Assembly: GCA_963744995.1 (NCBI GenBank)
Contig: CAVUWA010000004.1
Span: forward strand, 256,001-320,000
Direction of reading: 5' to 3'
DNA from: Candidatus Eiseniibacteriota bacterium
GTDB lineage: Bacteria > Eisenbacteria > RBG-16-71-46
Length of the DNA stretch: 64,000 nucleotides
The notes below the pieces were generated by a model, which saw only the letters and a list, made by a program, of their open reading frames with translations, searched no databases and was not told where the DNA came from. A program made the position numbers and the translations under genes. Position 1 is the stretch's first letter. The number at the start of each line of letters is the position of its first letter. Below, piece by piece: positions 60,549-64,000 of the stretch.

Positions 60549-61226
60549 TTGTCACTGGAGTCACGGCGCGGTACGCAGCTGCACGATCCCGGCGCGGAGC
60601 TTCTCGATCGTGTCGGCGCGATCTGGAGCGAATACGGTCGCGTGATCCTCGGCGGACTCGTCGTGGCCGCGGCCATCGTGGGCGGGGTGATCCTGTTCCA
60701 GAAGAACCAGGCCCGCACCGCGGCGCAGGCTTCGGCCAAGCTGGCCGAGGCGACCGTGTTGTTCTGGCAGGGTGACTACGCCCGTTCGCTCGAGGCGGCG
60801 AAGCAGGTGAGCCAGGAGTACGCTTCGACCCCGGCGGGCAAGGACGCGCACCGGCTCGCCGGCGACAACGCGTTCTGGACCGGGGATTACAAGACGGCGG
60901 TCGAGGAATATAAGCAGTACCTGTCGGGCGCAGGATCGAACATGCTCGCGGACGCGGCGCGGCGCAGCCTGGCGTATGCGCTCGAGTCCGAGGGCCAGTA
61001 CGCCGAAGCGGCGACCAACTACCTGGCGCTGGTCGGCAAGTTCGACCGTGAAACCGACGGTGAGATGCTGCTCGCGGCCGGGCGCAGCCACAAGGAAGCG
61101 GGCATGCTGGCCGAGGCGAAGCAGGATCTCGAAAAGCTCGACAACGAGTACGGCGACACCAGCTCGGCCCGCAAGGGTCGCGAGCTGCTGGCCGAGATCG
61201 AACTGGGGCTCGCAAAACCGAGCTGA
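60549..61226 (+). CDS. YfgM-like membrane-anchored TPR protein
   Basis: Single N-terminal TM followed by TPR-like helices (EYASTPAG, AYALESEGQYAEA). Confidence 0.8.
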   Translation: MSLESRRGTQLHDPGAELLDRVGAIWSEYGRVILGGLVVAAAIVGGVILFQKNQARTAAQASAKLAEATVLFWQGDYARSLEAAKQVSQEYASTPAGKDAHRLAGDNAFWTGDYKTAVEEYKQYLSGAGSNMLADAARRSLAYALESEGQYAEAATNYLALVGKFDRETDGEMLLAAGRSHKEAGMLAEAKQDLEKLDNEYGDTSSARKGRELLAEIELGLAKPS

Positions 61227-61313
61227 GGCGCGACGGCAGAGGCCATGAACGGGCCGCCCCGGACGCCGGGGCGGCCCGTCGCGTTTGCAGAAGCGCGCAG
61301 CAGGAGGGTGATC

Positions 61314-62165
61314 GTGAACCGGCCGGAGCCCCGTGAGGGCGACATCGTGAGCATGCTCGGGCCGGCGGCGATGTGGCGCATCGAGCGCGCCGACGCGGAC
61401 GGCCTGTGCCGGGGCGCGGCGTTCGGCGCGCGGCTGTTCGGGTTCGCGCCGCGCATCGAGCGCGTCGCCGGCGCATGCGTGTGCATCATGGGGCCGGGAC
61501 AGCTGGTGAACAAGGTGCTCGGCCTCGGCCTCGAGGGTCCCGCCGAGGAGGCGACCCTCGAGCGGATCGAAGCCGCGTTCGCCGCGGTGGAGCTCGAGCC
61601 GCAGTTCGAGGTGTGGCCCGAGCTGGACCCCGGGTTCGAAGGCCGTCTGGAGCGACGCGGCTACCACGTGAGCGGAACGCTGTGCGTGCTCGCCATGACG
61701 CTGGGCGGGCGCATGCCGGCGCCTGCCGCCGCCGGCGCGGTGCGCGTGGAGCGCGTCGGTCCGGACAACGCGGACGTCTACGAGCTGACCGTATCGCGCG
61801 GGTTCAAGGACATGGACGCAGGCGAGCCCGATCCGGCCGAGCGCGTGTTCGCCCGCGGCGCGGCCCGGAACCCGGAGACCGAAGCCTGGCTGGCGCGCGT
61901 GGACGGGGTTCCCGCGGGCGGCGGCGCGCTGGCCGCGGTCTCGGGGCTGGCCACGCTGTACGGCGCCAGCACGCTGCCTGCGTTCCGGCGCCGCGGCGTG
62001 CAGCGCGCGCTGCTCGGCGCCCGGCTCGCCCGGGCCGCCCGGCTCGGCTGCGACCTGGCGTTCATGAAGGCCGCCCCGGGCTCGAGCTCGGAGCGCAACG
62101 CCCGCCGCGCGGGGCTCACGCTGAGCGCAGGCAAGACGATCTGGACGCGCGCCGCGGATCGCTGA
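61314..62165 (+). CDS. GNAT family N-acetyltransferase
   Basis: ASTLPAFRRRGVQRALL acetyl-CoA motif, SSERNARRAG; start uncertain (GTG after AGGAGG). Confidence 0.85.
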   Translation: MNRPEPREGDIVSMLGPAAMWRIERADADGLCRGAAFGARLFGFAPRIERVAGACVCIMGPGQLVNKVLGLGLEGPAEEATLERIEAAFAAVELEPQFEVWPELDPGFEGRLERRGYHVSGTLCVLAMTLGGRMPAPAAAGAVRVERVGPDNADVYELTVSRGFKDMDAGEPDPAERVFARGAARNPETEAWLARVDGVPAGGGALAAVSGLATLYGASTLPAFRRRGVQRALLGARLARAARLGCDLAFMKAAPGSSSERNARRAGLTLSAGKTIWTRAADR

Positions 62166-62257
62166 GCACGCGGCGGGCGACCCGCGGGGGTGAGCGCGGA
62201 CCGGGCGGTCGCGGCCGGGAATCGGGCAGAGACGCATCGGCGGGCGGCGAAACCACG

Positions 62258-62285
62258 ATGTCGCATAATTAACATTATGTAAACC
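62258..62285 (+). other. dif-like XerCD recombination site
   Basis: ATGTCGCATAA-TTAACA-TTATGTAAACC (11-6-11). CGCATAA matches the E. coli XerC arm; TTATGTAAAC matches the B. subtilis-type XerD arm. Intergenic AT-rich island. Confidence 0.88.
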
Positions 62286-62341
62286 ACCGGCTCGGACGCC
62301 CGGCACCAGTGGGCCCGCTCGCCCGGTGGTTTGCATAATGT
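62272..62341. repeat. 19-bp inverted repeat duplicating the XerD arm of dif
   Basis: ACATTATGTAAACCACCGG (62272-62290) versus CCGGTGGTTTGCATAATGT (62323-62341): one mismatch, 32-nt spacer. Confidence 0.9.
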
Positions 62342-62378
62342 CGGGCACGGCGCTTCAAGAGGCTTCCCCCGCCCCCCG

Positions 62379-62536
62379 CCGGCGACCGGGGTTCATGCGT
62401 GAACCGCCGTCACGGCTTCGCCGTGCGGCGTGGGCTAATGTGCGGGTCTGCTGCTTCGCCCCGGCGACCGGGGTTCATGCGTGAACCGCCGTCACGGCTT
62501 CGCCGTGCGGCGTGGGTGAATGTGCGGGTCTGCTGC
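62379..62536. repeat. 76-bp direct repeat x2 (82-bp period) built of three short hairpins
   Basis: Copies 62379-62454 and 62461-62536 have two mismatches. Hairpins: CCGG-CGA-CCGG, GGTTCA-TGCG-TGAACC, CACGGC-TTC-GCCGTG. Confidence 0.9.
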
Positions 62537-62568
62537 GAGCTGACTCATCTCCAGGGAGAGTGCGGAGG

Positions 62569-63627
62569 ATGCGATCAGGGCTGAAGATGATGCTGGGCAT
62601 GATCCTCGCGCTGCTCGTCGTGGGCGCGAAGACGGGAACGGGACTCGCTCAAGATGGACCGCACGATGAGTGGTGTGCTCCCCGCACGACCTGGCGCGGG
62701 CCGGGACCGTCGATGCAAGCGGACGATGTCGCCGATTCCCTCGCCGCGCGTCTCGTCGCTCTGGCACCTGGAGCGCGTGCGGAGGAATCGGCCCGGTTCC
62801 AGTCGGCAGGCCCGCCCGATGCGCGGGCCCCCGAGCTCGCGTTCGACACCCTGGGCACGGACCTGCTGCTGGCGGTTCACGACTCCTGGAACCACGTTGC
62901 GCTGAGGATCATAGGGCCGAATGACTGGCAAACGGTCCGAACCTGCACACGCGACACGACCCAGGAGGCGCTGAACGGGTTTCGTTTCATGGATTGCGTC
63001 GTGCTCGTGCGCTGCGATTCACCCTTCGGCGACCAGTCGTGGCGGCTGGCGCTCGTGTGGTTCTCAAGCGCCGGCACATCCGGGCCGCACTGGCTTTGCG
63101 TGGCCCCTGTGGACTCTTCGCGCCACGCCGACTGGGGGCTGCACGCGGTCGGGATCGAGTCGTTCAACCGCGGCCGCCAGGACGGGCTAACGGTGCTTCG
63201 GCGTGTGGGCCGGGTGCTCCTGCAAACCTGGACCTACGATGCCGACGTCGGCGAACACGTCGTCGTCGATGCATTCGGTGCGTCGCCGAAGCTGCGGATG
63301 GTCTCGACGTGGGTCGTTTTCCCGGGCGGCGCGCACTTGTTGAAGGCCGAGCCGGCCGACGACGCGACGTTTGCGGTGGTGAGGGCCTTCGACGCGCGCC
63401 ACGCCGGTGCTGATGCGTTCCCGGATCATGATGTGGACGTGGCGAGCGGGCCGGACGCTTGGATGCGCGCACACGCCTGGGCCCGCCTGGACGCCGTGCA
63501 ACCCTATGACGAGGGTGCCGCGCGGGTACGGCTGTCGTTCATCACCGACCACGGGCGGGCCGACACGCTTTCCGTTCTCGTCCGCCCCACTGGCGATGGT
63601 GTCACACGGCGATGGGAAATTCGCTGA
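62569..63627 (+). CDS. Hypothetical exported protein with atypical codon usage
   Basis: Long ORF with signal-peptide-like start (MMLGMILALLVVGA); visibly more A/T-ending codons than neighbouring genes; no family recognised. Confidence 0.6.
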   Translation: MRSGLKMMLGMILALLVVGAKTGTGLAQDGPHDEWCAPRTTWRGPGPSMQADDVADSLAARLVALAPGARAEESARFQSAGPPDARAPELAFDTLGTDLLLAVHDSWNHVALRIIGPNDWQTVRTCTRDTTQEALNGFRFMDCVVLVRCDSPFGDQSWRLALVWFSSAGTSGPHWLCVAPVDSSRHADWGLHAVGIESFNRGRQDGLTVLRRVGRVLLQTWTYDADVGEHVVVDAFGASPKLRMVSTWVVFPGGAHLLKAEPADDATFAVVRAFDARHAGADAFPDHDVDVASGPDAWMRAHAWARLDAVQPYDEGAARVRLSFITDHGRADTLSVLVRPTGDGVTRRWEIR

Positions 63628-63686
63628 TCCGGCGGGGCGTCCGATCCTGAACCGCCCGGGTCTCGCGCAGGCGCGCTTGAAGCCGG

Positions 63687-64000
63687 TCAACCCACCCGCG
63701 ACTTCACGTCCACGACGAAGTTCACCAGCTTGTCGGGCACGATGATCACCTTGCGGATCGCGGCCTCGTCCAGATAGCGGCGCACCTTGTCGTCGGCCTC
63801 GGCGGCTTTCCGGGCATCGTCGCGGCTGGCGCCGCGCGCGAGCTCGACCGTGGCGCGCAGCTTGCCGTTGACCTGCACGGCGACCGTCACCGTGTCTTCG
63901 ACCACGCGCTCGGGGTCCCACGCGGGCCACGTCTCGTAGGCCAGCGTTTCGCCGTGGCCGAGCCGCTGCCACAGCTCTTCGGCGATGTGCGGCGCGAACG
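63687..64000 (-). CDS. leuS: Leucine--tRNA ligase, C-terminal part (runs off the window)
   Basis: FAPHIAEELW...WP...VAVQVNGKLR...IRKVIIVPDKLVNFV. Confidence 0.93.
   Translation of the reverse strand, partial: FAPHIAEELWQRLGHGETLAYETWPAWDPERVVEDTVTVAVQVNGKLRATVELARGASRDDARKAAEADDKVRRYLDEAAIRKVIIVPDKLVNFVVDVKSRVG

Noticed and set aside
62379..62536. 82-bp-period repeat as a mini-CRISPR
   Set aside because: Only two long copies separated by 6 bp; there is no spacer.

Overview
Very GC-rich chromosomal window of mostly housekeeping genes. Gene content (PorV-like barrel, peptidase/PD40/Omp85 fusion, PEGA protein, DUF494-topA-xerC) suggests an FCB-associated diderm, possibly Ca. Eisenbacteria-like (inference). 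Core genes: trpS-scpA-scpB-rluB, LysM lytic transglycosylase, comEC-purN-HAD-purC-purH-guaA-slt, csp, secA-smg-topA-xerC, dapF-dapA-dapB, rpsT, uvrC-xerD, a beta-CASP/SNF2/YqhG-like trio and the 3' end of leuS. Most notable observations: (1) a dif-like Xer site at 62258-62285, followed by an inverted copy of its XerD arm, a duplicated multi-hairpin element and a compositionally atypical orphan gene, which together look like a Xer-exploiting integration junction; (2) a peroxiredoxin missed by the ORF track, with in-frame UGA at the catalytic Cys position and a SECIS-like hairpin (probable selenoprotein); (3) a DUF222-like HNH nuclease gene carrying perfect DNA palindromes in its coding linker, next to a tandem stack of IS481-like left ends without a transposase; (4) an orphan MshEN/PilB/double-zinc-ribbon ATPase coupled to a membrane HD-GYP protein; (5) a SNF2 helicase with a PcrA/UvrD-type Tudor-like N-terminus. 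No rRNA, tRNA or CRISPR array was recognised. All family assignments come from motifs read by eye; no searches were run.
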